Below are positions 16,718 through 24,177 of a DNA stretch of 32,000 nucleotides, one piece after another. The position numbers and the translations under genes are program-made. The stretch's first letter is position 1. Each line of letters begins with the position of its first letter. The notes below the pieces were generated by a model that was given only the letters and a program-made list of their open reading frames with translations, had not been told where the DNA came from and searched no databases. The stretch comes from Candidatus Poseidoniaceae archaeon (lineage in GTDB: Archaea; Thermoplasmatota; Poseidoniia; Poseidoniales; Poseidoniaceae): the NCBI GenBank assembly GCA_943789275.1, contig CALSTM010000001.1, positions 450,001 through 482,000 on the forward strand. The letters are read 5' to 3'.

Positions 16718-17167
16718 CTAAGGGATCCAAGATGCAATGCTTTTCGGTGTTTCACGGACATGCATAGCGACTAATTTCAACGCGTTGCCATAGGTTGAGG
16801 TAATGTGGGGTTCAACCTGTTCAAAAGCCCATTTAGCCAAATTTTCTGCTGTTGGTATGAACGGTACAACGACCGTTCGATGATCTGGACCCATTCGCTC
16901 GCATGCTTCACGTGCAAGTTCATCTCCTTCGTAAACGACAAAGGCATGGTCAATGACATCGTGTACATATTCCATTAGAATCGAACTAACATCTGAAAAG
17001 TCCATGAGCATCCCCTCTTCACTCACGCCTGATGTTTGAACCGTATCGCCTTCAATTTCAGCTTCGAAACGATACCGGTGCCCATGCATGTGCCTGCATT
17101 TACTTTTGTGATTGGGGACTCGATGCCCCGTATCTGTTTCAACAAATCTTCTCATCCGTGTTGTCAT
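16718..17167 (-). CDS. queD: 6-carboxy-5,6,7,8-tetrahydropterin synthase (PTPS family)
   Basis: Contains KCRHMHGHRYRFEAEIEG and the DFSDV...VIDHAF motifs. Its start overlaps the queC stop in an ATGA. Its stop abuts the stop of the convergent methyltransferase gene with 0 nt between them. Confidence 0.85.
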   Translation of the reverse strand: MTTRMRRFVETDTGHRVPNHKSKCRHMHGHRYRFEAEIEGDTVQTSGVSEEGMLMDFSDVSSILMEYVHDVIDHAFVVYEGDELAREACERMGPDHRTVVVPFIPTAENLAKWAFEQVEPHITSTYGNALKLVAMHVRETPKSIASWIP

Positions 17168-18315
17168 TCTTCCAACTCCTCAAACTGCAGCGATGCAGAA
17201 TTTATACAGTAACGTTGTCCTCCAAATTGCCGGGGTCCGTCATTGAATATATGGCCCAAATGTGCATCGCATTTCTCACACTGCACTTCAGTTCTGTGCA
17301 TTCCATGGGTGTAATCATCAATATGACGGATGCCAGCGTCTGGATGCTCGGTGTGGAACGATGGCCAACCGCATCCTGAATCGAACTTCATGTCAGAGTT
17401 GAATAATAAATGCCCACAACATATGCAAAAATAATCGCCTGTTCGTTTCTCATCCCAATATATCCCGGTAAATGCTCTTTCAGTACCGCTCTGTCGAGTG
17501 ACATAGTACTGTTCTTCCGTAAGACGCTCTTTATACTGCATATCCTTGTGTTTTTTCTCAACGCGAAGTGCGTTTTCAAGCACCGTATCCCATGTACCTT
17601 GATACTCAACGGGATCTCTTTCGCCAATCGAATGGAAAGCAAGAATACGTTCAATGTCTGCACCGCTGGTTCCTGAACTCCGCCCATCCTTATCGGGGTT
17701 GTAAGAGGTACTCGTGTTTGCAAACACAGTGGTGAAGTCGAGTCCTAAAACCTCGATTGCATTTCGTGCATCTTTGAGTATCAACGCTTTATCTGCATCT
17801 ATGTACGGCAGAGTAAAAGAAACGCGCTCACTGCCCCAGTTTCCAGTTGCAAAAGCATGACCGAGTGAAGTATAGAACTCCGGTCTGCAATCTGGATATA
17901 TTTCATGATCTCCTGAATGTACACCCAGAGCGATTTCCACGTCGCAGTGTTCTCGAGTTGAGATTGATAGTGCATATCCATAAACAATAGAAGCAAAAAT
18001 CGCATTTCGATTTGGAACGACAGTGGATTTCATTTGTTCTTCTTCGTAGTGCCCTTCCGGTATTTCGTCTCCACCTTTCAGTAATGAACTTTCAAAAGCC
18101 CCCATTGCGCTTGATAAGTCAATGATTCGATGAGAGACCTCTATCCCACTTCCAGCAAGATATTCAATATTCTTCGATGCGCGTTCAAGTTCAATGCTAT
18201 GCTTTTGACCGTACTCATATGAAATGCAGTCAACGGTGTAACCGTCTGCTAAGAGTCGCATGAGTAAACCTGTCGAATCCATTCCACCTGAAAAAGCGAT
18301 GACTGCGCGTGGCAT
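17164..18315 (-). CDS. queC: 7-cyano-7-deazaguanine synthase (QueC-like) fused to methionine-R-sulfoxide reductase MsrB
   Basis: Residues 1 to about 250 are QueC-like: PP-loop AFSGGMDST, VPNRNAIF, YPDCRPEF. Residues from about 265 to 383 are a complete MsrB: CICCGHLLF, DSGCGWPSF, CEKCDAHLGHIF, RYCINS. It is one uninterrupted ORF. Confidence 0.85.
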   Translation of the reverse strand: MPRAVIAFSGGMDSTGLLMRLLADGYTVDCISYEYGQKHSIELERASKNIEYLAGSGIEVSHRIIDLSSAMGAFESSLLKGGDEIPEGHYEEEQMKSTVVPNRNAIFASIVYGYALSISTREHCDVEIALGVHSGDHEIYPDCRPEFYTSLGHAFATGNWGSERVSFTLPYIDADKALILKDARNAIEVLGLDFTTVFANTSTSYNPDKDGRSSGTSGADIERILAFHSIGERDPVEYQGTWDTVLENALRVEKKHKDMQYKERLTEEQYYVTRQSGTERAFTGIYWDEKRTGDYFCICCGHLLFNSDMKFDSGCGWPSFHTEHPDAGIRHIDDYTHGMHRTEVQCEKCDAHLGHIFNDGPRQFGGQRYCINSASLQFEELEE

Positions 18316-18316
18316 T

Positions 18317-18976
18317 CTAGTCGACCCCCATCCATTTGTGAGTTTGTAAACTCAGCCTCCATGTTGGATTTTCTTTGACTACTGCTTCAGTCAATCCAAA
18401 ATTTCTTCCGTTCCATTCAACGGATTCTTGTTCCATATAGCATGGTTGGAGGAAATGGTGTGTAAAGCCAGTTTTGAGTTCATCGTACAGTTCTAAGTTC
18501 TGCCCTACGTACACGCATTTGAGTTCATCGCCATGCGTTTGTCGAATCTTAACACCGGGATACATTTGATCTTTCGGGGAGATGCAAATCCAGTCGAGCA
18601 ACCCCTCTGGAATTTCGATGGTACCGTTGGATTCGCAAGAAAGACTGTAACCTCGTGCTTTGAACAGTCGTTGAAGCGGCCATAAATCGTTCAGCATTGG
18701 TTCACCTCCAGTCAATATTATCCGATTGCAGGGATACTTTACAACTTCTGCAAGAATTTCAACCGCCGCCATCTCATCGTATGTTTCAAAATCTGTATCG
18801 CACCATTCACATTGAAGGTTGCATTTACCAAATCGGATGAATACGTGAGGTACGCCAGCATGCACACCCTCACCCTGCACCGAATGGAAAATCTCTACAA
18901 TCTTGTACGTCATGGCTAAATCGGCAGCAGAATCACCCGTATGTTCACCTGAACGCTCACATGCTTCAAATTCCAT
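18317..18976 (-). CDS. queE: 7-carboxy-7-deazaguanine synthase (radical SAM)
   Basis: Contains IFHSVQGEGVHAGVPHVFIRFGKCNLQCEWCDT, with the CxxxCxxC motif. The track start at 18988 is a GTG that lies within an SD-like GTGAGTGATAC immediately upstream of the ATG at 18976. The ATG at 18913 is also possible. Confidence 0.85.
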   Translation of the reverse strand: MEFEACERSGEHTGDSAADLAMTYKIVEIFHSVQGEGVHAGVPHVFIRFGKCNLQCEWCDTDFETYDEMAAVEILAEVVKYPCNRIILTGGEPMLNDLWPLQRLFKARGYSLSCESNGTIEIPEGLLDWICISPKDQMYPGVKIRQTHGDELKCVYVGQNLELYDELKTGFTHHFLQPCYMEQESVEWNGRNFGLTEAVVKENPTWRLSLQTHKWMGVD

Positions 18977-18984
18977 AGTATCAC

Positions 18985-19554
18985 TCACAGTGGACGGGAT
19001 TGAATAAGTTGCATCAATTCTTGACGAGCTTCAGGTTTATCAAAGAATACACCACGCATTGCGGAAGTGGTCATGATCGAGTTTTGCTTACGAACTCCTC
19101 TGCACCTCATGCAACCATGGGATGCTTCGAGGATGACCGCCGCACCCAACGGATTGAGGTGTTGCTCAAGGTCGTCAGCGACCCCTTTCGTAATACGTTC
19201 CTGGTTCTGTAATCGATGAGCGTGGGCGTCAACGATTCGTGCCAATTTACTGATTCCCACGATACGGTCTACGGGTATGTAAGCAATGTGGGCGCGACCA
19301 CGAAACGGTTGGAGGTGATGCTCACAGGTAGAATGGAACTCAATGTCACGTAACAGCACAATACCGTCGTAACCCTCGCCATTGAAGGTCGATTGGAGCA
19401 GTTCTTCGGTATCAACTGAATATCCTGAAAATATTTCATCCCACGAATCAATGACTCGTTTCGGTGTCTTGAGGAGACCTTCGCGTTCGGGATCAGCCTC
19501 TAAGTATCCGAGCAATGTTTTTACTGCATTTTCCGCTTCTGATTTTGATACCAT
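18985..19554 (-). CDS. folE: GTP cyclohydrolase I (FolE type IA)
   Basis: Contains FHSTCEHHLQPFRGRAHIAYIP...ISKLARIV...RLQNQERIT...ASHGCMRCRGV. Confidence 0.9.
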   Translation of the reverse strand: MVSKSEAENAVKTLLGYLEADPEREGLLKTPKRVIDSWDEIFSGYSVDTEELLQSTFNGEGYDGIVLLRDIEFHSTCEHHLQPFRGRAHIAYIPVDRIVGISKLARIVDAHAHRLQNQERITKGVADDLEQHLNPLGAAVILEASHGCMRCRGVRKQNSIMTTSAMRGVFFDKPEARQELMQLIQSRPL

Positions 19555-19559
19555 TGAAA

Positions 19560-19721
19560 TTACCTTCCGTGCCTGGCGTCGATTTCATCCAACTGGTCGA
19601 GCAGTTTTCTACATGCTGTTCGGACTGCATCAGCAAGACTGACGAATTTATGTTCATCACCCACATGCTTACGCAAGTCTTCAACCAACTCTGCAGGCAT
19701 GTCGAGTGAAATCTTGGGCAC
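19560..19721 (-). CDS. 53-aa ribbon-helix-helix (CopG/NikR-N-like) protein, putative transcriptional regulator
   Basis: Not in the ORF track. My hand translation is (GTG)PKISLDMPAELVEDLRKHVGDEHKFVSLADAVRTACRKLLDQLDEIDARHGR. This fits the RHH pattern: a beta strand (KISLDMP), helix 1, then the S..D.vR.A.r.ll helix 2. The stop lies 5 nt before the folE ATG. A TATA-like box sits 23-30 nt upstream of the GTG. An alternative start is the ATG at 19700. Confidence 0.55.
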   Translation of the reverse strand: MPKISLDMPAELVEDLRKHVGDEHKFVSLADAVRTACRKLLDQLDEIDARHGR

Positions 19722-19743
19722 AAATTGTGGTTTTCACTGGCGC

Positions 19744-19751
19744 ATATAAAT
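19744..19751 (-). promoter_or_regulatory. TATA box for the RHH-folE-queE-queC-queD operon
   Basis: The plus-strand sequence atataaat reads atttatat on the minus strand. It lies 23-30 nt upstream of the GTG at 19721. Confidence 0.4.
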
Positions 19752-19760
19752 ATTCGCATA

Positions 19761-19778
19761 GTATTACTCAAGTAATAC
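19761..19778. promoter_or_regulatory. Perfect 8-2-8 palindrome GTATTACT-CA-AGTAATAC, a candidate operator
   Basis: Read directly from the sequence. It sits between the two divergent TATA-like boxes at 19744-19751 and 19807-19816. Confidence 0.45.
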
Positions 19779-19806
19779 CTTGCCGTGACATAAACTTCGA
19801 GATTCG

Positions 19807-19816
19807 AAATATATTT
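19807..19816 (+). promoter_or_regulatory. Candidate TATA box for the aminotransferase gene
   Basis: The sequence aaatatattt lies about 40-45 nt upstream of the ATG at 19856. Confidence 0.3.
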
Positions 19817-19855
19817 GGCGAATGTTCAAAGGGCTCCACGGCTGACAGAGTATTG

Positions 19856-21358
19856 ATGACACAGTCTACAGTACAGGCGTTTGCTCTCCTCAAGCAATTG
19901 CGTAATCTTGCACCTCACAGAGACACCATTGGCATGTCAGATCATATGATTCAGCACTTCCTGTCCTTCGATTCCAATCTCGCATCGGCAATCGAAGAAG
20001 CAGTTGACCGTCAAAAAGAACTCACGATGGAGTTTGGCACTGACATGATGTCGCTCCCTGAGTCCGAACTTATCCCGATGCTGCAAAAAGATTTCATCAA
20101 TTTCTATGCGCCGGCAACAGTGAATCCATACATTGCCCTTGCAGCTCGAGGACCGTGGATTGTAACTGCACACGGCGCAGTACTGCACGACAACGGAGGG
20201 TACGGGATGCTTGGGAGTGGGCACGGTCCTGATGAAATCATCTCAGCGATGTCTCGGAACTGGGTCATGGCGAACGTCATGACACCATCCTACAGCCACA
20301 AGCGTCTTGCAACTCGGCTGCAAAAAGAACTCGGCTACACCCGGGGCTCATGTCCTTTTACACGCTTTATTTGCATGAACAGCGGTTCAGAGTCGGTCAC
20401 TGTGAGTCTTCGAATTGCTGATGTTAACGCTCGTAAGATGACAGGACCTGGTGGGAAACACGAAGGCAAAGAAATCAAGTTAATGGCTGTGGAAAAGGCA
20501 TTCCATGGACGCACCGATAGACCGGCACAGATTTCCCATTCGTGCAAGTCATCCTATGACAAGAACTTGGCAACATTTAGAGACCGTGACAACCTTATTC
20601 TCGTACCTGCGAATGATGTGGAGGCACTCGAAAAAGCGTTTTCCGATGCCGAGAAAGAAGGAGTATTCATTGAATTAATGGCCATCGAACCGGTCCAAGG
20701 AGAAGGTAACCCTGGCTCGTGTGTTGAGCGATCGTTCTATGACGCTGCACGCCGTTTGACATTGGAACATGACTCCATGCTACTGGTGGATTCGATTCAA
20801 GCAGGTATTCGAGGGCAAGGATGTCTGTCAATTATTGATTATGAAGGATTCCAAGATGCCGATTGTCCAGACTTAGAAACATGGTCCAAAGCCCTCAATG
20901 CTGGACAATACCCCCTATCAGTCCTCGGACTGAATGACCGTGCTTCAGAAAACTATGTTGTCGGTATCTATGGCAATACGATGACGACAAATCCTCGTGC
21001 ACTTGAAACGGCGTGCGCAGTACTGGACCTCATCACACCTGAACTACGCTCAAACATACGCGATAGAGGTGATGAATTTGTTGAGAAACTCGAACTCCTT
21101 GCGGCCGAAATGCCGGGAGTTATCACTCTGGTTCAAGGTACAGGGTTGTTACTCAGTGCAGAACTCGATCCGGACAGATTTCCAGTCATCGGATTTGATG
21201 CAGTTGAAACATGGTGCAGAAAAAACGGCTTAGGCGTCATTCATGGTGGTAGCAACGCATTAAGGTTCACGCCGCATTTCAACATCACAACAGCAGAAAT
21301 TGACGCCATCATTGAAATTGTTCGCGACGCCCTCATTCATTTCCAACAGCGTTCATGA
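19856..21358 (+). CDS. Class-III (acetylornithine/GABA-type) PLP-dependent aminotransferase, substrate unknown
   Basis: Contains MNSGSESV, AFHGRTDRP, LLVDSIQAGIRGQG and the putative PLP lysine in WSKALNAG. The ATG at 19856 is the first ATG clear of the divergent promoter region; the track start at 19706 would overlap the RHH gene. Confidence 0.8.
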   Translation: MTQSTVQAFALLKQLRNLAPHRDTIGMSDHMIQHFLSFDSNLASAIEEAVDRQKELTMEFGTDMMSLPESELIPMLQKDFINFYAPATVNPYIALAARGPWIVTAHGAVLHDNGGYGMLGSGHGPDEIISAMSRNWVMANVMTPSYSHKRLATRLQKELGYTRGSCPFTRFICMNSGSESVTVSLRIADVNARKMTGPGGKHEGKEIKLMAVEKAFHGRTDRPAQISHSCKSSYDKNLATFRDRDNLILVPANDVEALEKAFSDAEKEGVFIELMAIEPVQGEGNPGSCVERSFYDAARRLTLEHDSMLLVDSIQAGIRGQGCLSIIDYEGFQDADCPDLETWSKALNAGQYPLSVLGLNDRASENYVVGIYGNTMTTNPRALETACAVLDLITPELRSNIRDRGDEFVEKLELLAAEMPGVITLVQGTGLLLSAELDPDRFPVIGFDAVETWCRKNGLGVIHGGSNALRFTPHFNITTAEIDAIIEIVRDALIHFQQRS

Positions 21359-22573
21359 AAGCGAAGTCACAATATCCTCTCGACTAAACTGTCGTGAAGC
21401 ATAGTATGCAGCAAGGCTTGCATAAACGACCGATGATACAACCCAAATGAGTACATGCTCAGTAATGACGCGGTTCATGAGCAGTTCGCGCAGTGCAAGT
21501 AAAATATTGACAACAGGTATGGCAAACCAGAACCCTTCTATTCCGTCGAGGTTGATCACTTGTGTAAACAATGCAGGGAACAAGATGAGCATGAGAGCTG
21601 GTGCAAGGATGCTTCCTGCCTCTTTCACGCTGTGAGAGCGCATTGCCAGCGCTAATTCAAACGCCACAACCATGACTGCAAACAAGAGGATCGATAAAAC
21701 AATGAGACCGACCGAGGCAATTGATAATTTAGGCAAGCCAATGAAACTCGATGATGCCAAATATCCAATGGCGAATAACAATCCGCAAATTTGTAAAACC
21801 ACACCAATTCCAGTTATTGTCGCAACAGCAACCCACTTGCCCATCAACAGCTCAATACGGGTACAAGGTAAGCACAGTAACGCTTCAAGGGTACCGCGTT
21901 CCCGCTCACCTGCGGTCATGTCAATTGACGGTTGAATGGCACTCGAATACGTCCAGATGGCTAACACGAGAGGTATGAACAACGAGAGCACCATTCCCGC
22001 TTGCTCTCCAGATGTCGCAACATCTCCTTGTGCAATATCACCATCCCATCTCAACGGGTCGAGGGTTTCATTGACATCAAGTCCGCTTGCAGTTATTCTT
22101 TCACGCACTTCTGAATCCTCCCATTCCGACAACGTTGTAAGAAGTCGATATCGTGCTTCATTGGACCGTTCCGATGTCGAGAGGTGAAGTATAGCATACG
22201 ACCATGTTTCGTTTTGGGAATCAAAACGCAACAGAGCATCTGTAGAACCGTTTCGGACGCGTTCTAAATCATTTCCTGGTTCGGATAAACTTGAAACGTT
22301 TGGTAGCGCCTCAAAAGATGTAGATAAACTGACAGCAGTGATGTTTTCAAGTAGATTTAAGGGGAAATCTTCACTTTGAATTACTACATTTAGTTCAAGA
22401 GCATCCAATTCGGCAGCTTCAGATTCAAGCAATACCGGGAATAAAATAAACAACAAGGGGAACATAAGAAGTGGAATAACAATGATGGCAATAATGGTGC
22501 GCCAGTCTCGTGCAAACTCGACCACTTCTTTCTTCGCAATAGCACGGATTCTTCGACCGCTGCCTTCACTCAT
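21353..22573 (-). CDS. ABC-2 type transporter permease (NatB-like: N-terminal TM, large external loop, 5 C-terminal TMs)
   Basis: This assignment rests on the hydrophobicity pattern and on the 8-nt overlap (ATGAGTGA) with the upstream ATPase gene. Its stop abuts the stop of the convergent aminotransferase gene (TCATGA). Confidence 0.8.
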   Translation of the reverse strand: MSEGSGRRIRAIAKKEVVEFARDWRTIIAIIVIPLLMFPLLFILFPVLLESEAAELDALELNVVIQSEDFPLNLLENITAVSLSTSFEALPNVSSLSEPGNDLERVRNGSTDALLRFDSQNETWSYAILHLSTSERSNEARYRLLTTLSEWEDSEVRERITASGLDVNETLDPLRWDGDIAQGDVATSGEQAGMVLSLFIPLVLAIWTYSSAIQPSIDMTAGERERGTLEALLCLPCTRIELLMGKWVAVATITGIGVVLQICGLLFAIGYLASSSFIGLPKLSIASVGLIVLSILLFAVMVVAFELALAMRSHSVKEAGSILAPALMLILFPALFTQVINLDGIEGFWFAIPVVNILLALRELLMNRVITEHVLIWVVSSVVYASLAAYYASRQFSREDIVTSLS

Positions 22574-23399
22574 CCTCGTTCACCTCTCGAGTTGACACAG
22601 GTGTCCTTGGAGTAAACAATCGACGCCACCAACTGCTCAATGCACCCTCTTTGTCTGCCTCTTCTTGACGAGGTCGGGCTTGGTCAAGGGTCAGAGAGAC
22701 GTATGCTTCCTCTAGATTTTCAGTTCCAGTCGAAGAAAGAAGTTCACCTGGTGAACCATCAGCACGGATTTCTCCGTTGTGGATGATGACAATTCGGTCG
22801 CACACCTGTTGAGCCTCGGCAAGTTGATGCGTCGAGTAGATGACGGTACCACCTTCATCTCGCAACTGTCGCACAAGGGCTCGAACGGTGCGTGCACTGG
22901 TGATGTCAAGTCCTGCTGTAGGTTCATCAAGCAGTAGAATGTTTGGTCCATGGGCAAGAGCCCTCAACAAGGCCGTCTTTTGACGCATACCCCTGGAGAA
23001 GCCTTTGGTGTGCCGACTAAGATTGTCTTTCATATCCAAATGTTCAGCAAATTTTTCAGTACGGGCCCATGATACAGAGTCGCTAACTCCATGCATTCGG
23101 CTGTGGTATCGAATGTTCTCCCATGCAGTGAGTCGCGAATACAATCCCGTCGATTCAGGAACCACGCCGAGTTCTTGACGCATTTCTTCCACAGGCCTGC
23201 CGTTACTTAATTCAACACGCCCATTCGATGGGGTGTAAACGCCAGCCATGAGCCGCAATAGAGTGGTTTTTCCTGCTCCGTTGCTTCCAACAAGGCCAAC
23301 GATTTCTCCTGAATGAATCTCAAGGTCGATTCGCTTAAGCGCTTCAACTTCAGCGAAATTTTTGGTGACGCCTCGAAGGCTAAGCAATGTTTCAGGCAT
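22566..23399 (-). CDS. ABC transporter ATP-binding protein
   Basis: Has Walker A (GSNGAGKTTLL), the signature motif (FSRGMRQK) and Walker B (LLLDEPTAGLD). The ATG at 23399 is preceded by GTGAGTGATAC; the track's GTG start at 23411 lies inside that SD-like motif. Confidence 0.9.
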   Translation of the reverse strand: MPETLLSLRGVTKNFAEVEALKRIDLEIHSGEIVGLVGSNGAGKTTLLRLMAGVYTPSNGRVELSNGRPVEEMRQELGVVPESTGLYSRLTAWENIRYHSRMHGVSDSVSWARTEKFAEHLDMKDNLSRHTKGFSRGMRQKTALLRALAHGPNILLLDEPTAGLDITSARTVRALVRQLRDEGGTVIYSTHQLAEAQQVCDRIVIIHNGEIRADGSPGELLSSTGTENLEEAYVSLTLDQARPRQEEADKEGALSSWWRRLFTPRTPVSTREVNEDE

Positions 23400-23407
23400 G
23401 GTATCAC

Positions 23408-23713
23408 TCACGAACTTCGACCGTCTTCAATGGCTGTATTCAAACCAGGATGCTTCGTTTCAAGTTTGCATGCCCGAGACAGTTGTTCCTTGAGTTGTGC
23501 AAATATTTCACGTTGAGGGACACCCATTTCGACCAAATTACCAATCATTGAAAAAGCACCTTGAATGGCTCCTGCGTCAAGATATGCTTCGTTCGAAATT
23601 TGCCTCTTTTGACGCAACATGTCAAGGCGGCTGGCCAAAAACTCCACCTCATTTCGAATACGAGGGCCGTCGATATGTGGTAAAGCAATGAGGTTGTCAA
23701 CACATGTTCGCAT
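23408..23713 (-). CDS. Hypothetical roughly 101-aa protein, apparently helical, first gene of the ABC operon
   Basis: The ORF starts at the ATG at 23713, and its stop lies 8 nt upstream of the ATPase ATG. I recognised no family motif. Confidence 0.5.
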   Translation of the reverse strand: MRTCVDNLIALPHIDGPRIRNEVEFLASRLDMLRQKRQISNEAYLDAGAIQGAFSMIGNLVEMGVPQREIFAQLKEQLSRACKLETKHPGLNTAIEDGRSS

Positions 23714-23736
23714 CAATCAAATGACACGGTCGAATA

Positions 23737-24168
23737 TTATGATGCTTGCGTAAGTTCAACAAGGACGCCGCCAGTAGATTTCGGATGGACAAAGGCAATC
23801 TCCTTACCCCCGGCTCCGATTCGGGGTATTTCGTCAATCATTGTGATTCCGTTGGCCAAGAGGTGATCAATCAATCCGGTCAAGTCCCCAACTCGAAAGC
23901 ACAGTTGCTGAATTCCTGGGCCGCGCTTTGAGAGGAAGCGCCCTATAGGCGTGTCTTCCCCGGTTGGTTCCAATAACTCAATTTCAGCAGGATGTTCATC
24001 AGCGGACGCAGGAGAAGTAGCGAAGAACCGAGTCGTCACGCCTTGGTCAGCGACTGTCTCATCGTTTTCACCTTCAGTAAGACCCAACAACCTCCAAAAG
24101 GTGCTACCGTTTTCGAGTTCAGGTGTTGCGATACCAATGTGGTCAATTTGAATAGGGCCAAAATCCAT
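23737..24168 (-). CDS. mce: Methylmalonyl-CoA epimerase (VOC/glyoxalase fold)
   Basis: Contains IDHIGIATPELE...IELLEPTGEDTPIGRFL...GPGIQQLCFRV...FVHPKSTGGVLVEL. It lies immediately downstream of the mutase gene. Confidence 0.8.
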   Translation of the reverse strand: MDFGPIQIDHIGIATPELENGSTFWRLLGLTEGENDETVADQGVTTRFFATSPASADEHPAEIELLEPTGEDTPIGRFLSKRGPGIQQLCFRVGDLTGLIDHLLANGITMIDEIPRIGAGGKEIAFVHPKSTGGVLVELTQAS

Positions 24169-24177
24169 ACAATCACC

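Noticed and set aside
16718-19721. The preQ0 gene set (folE, queE, queC, queD) as part of a 7-deazaguanine DNA-modification (Dpd-like) defence island
   Set aside because: The window has no DpdA/TGT-like transglycosylase, helicase or nuclease genes. In an archaeon these four genes are sufficiently explained by archaeosine precursor synthesis.
19493-19771. A 92-aa minus-strand ORF spanning the folE start and the promoter region
   Set aside because: It overlaps folE out of frame and runs through the TATA box. It is Cys/Asn/Ser-rich with no motif. The alternative frame gives a convincing RHH protein ending 5 nt before folE.
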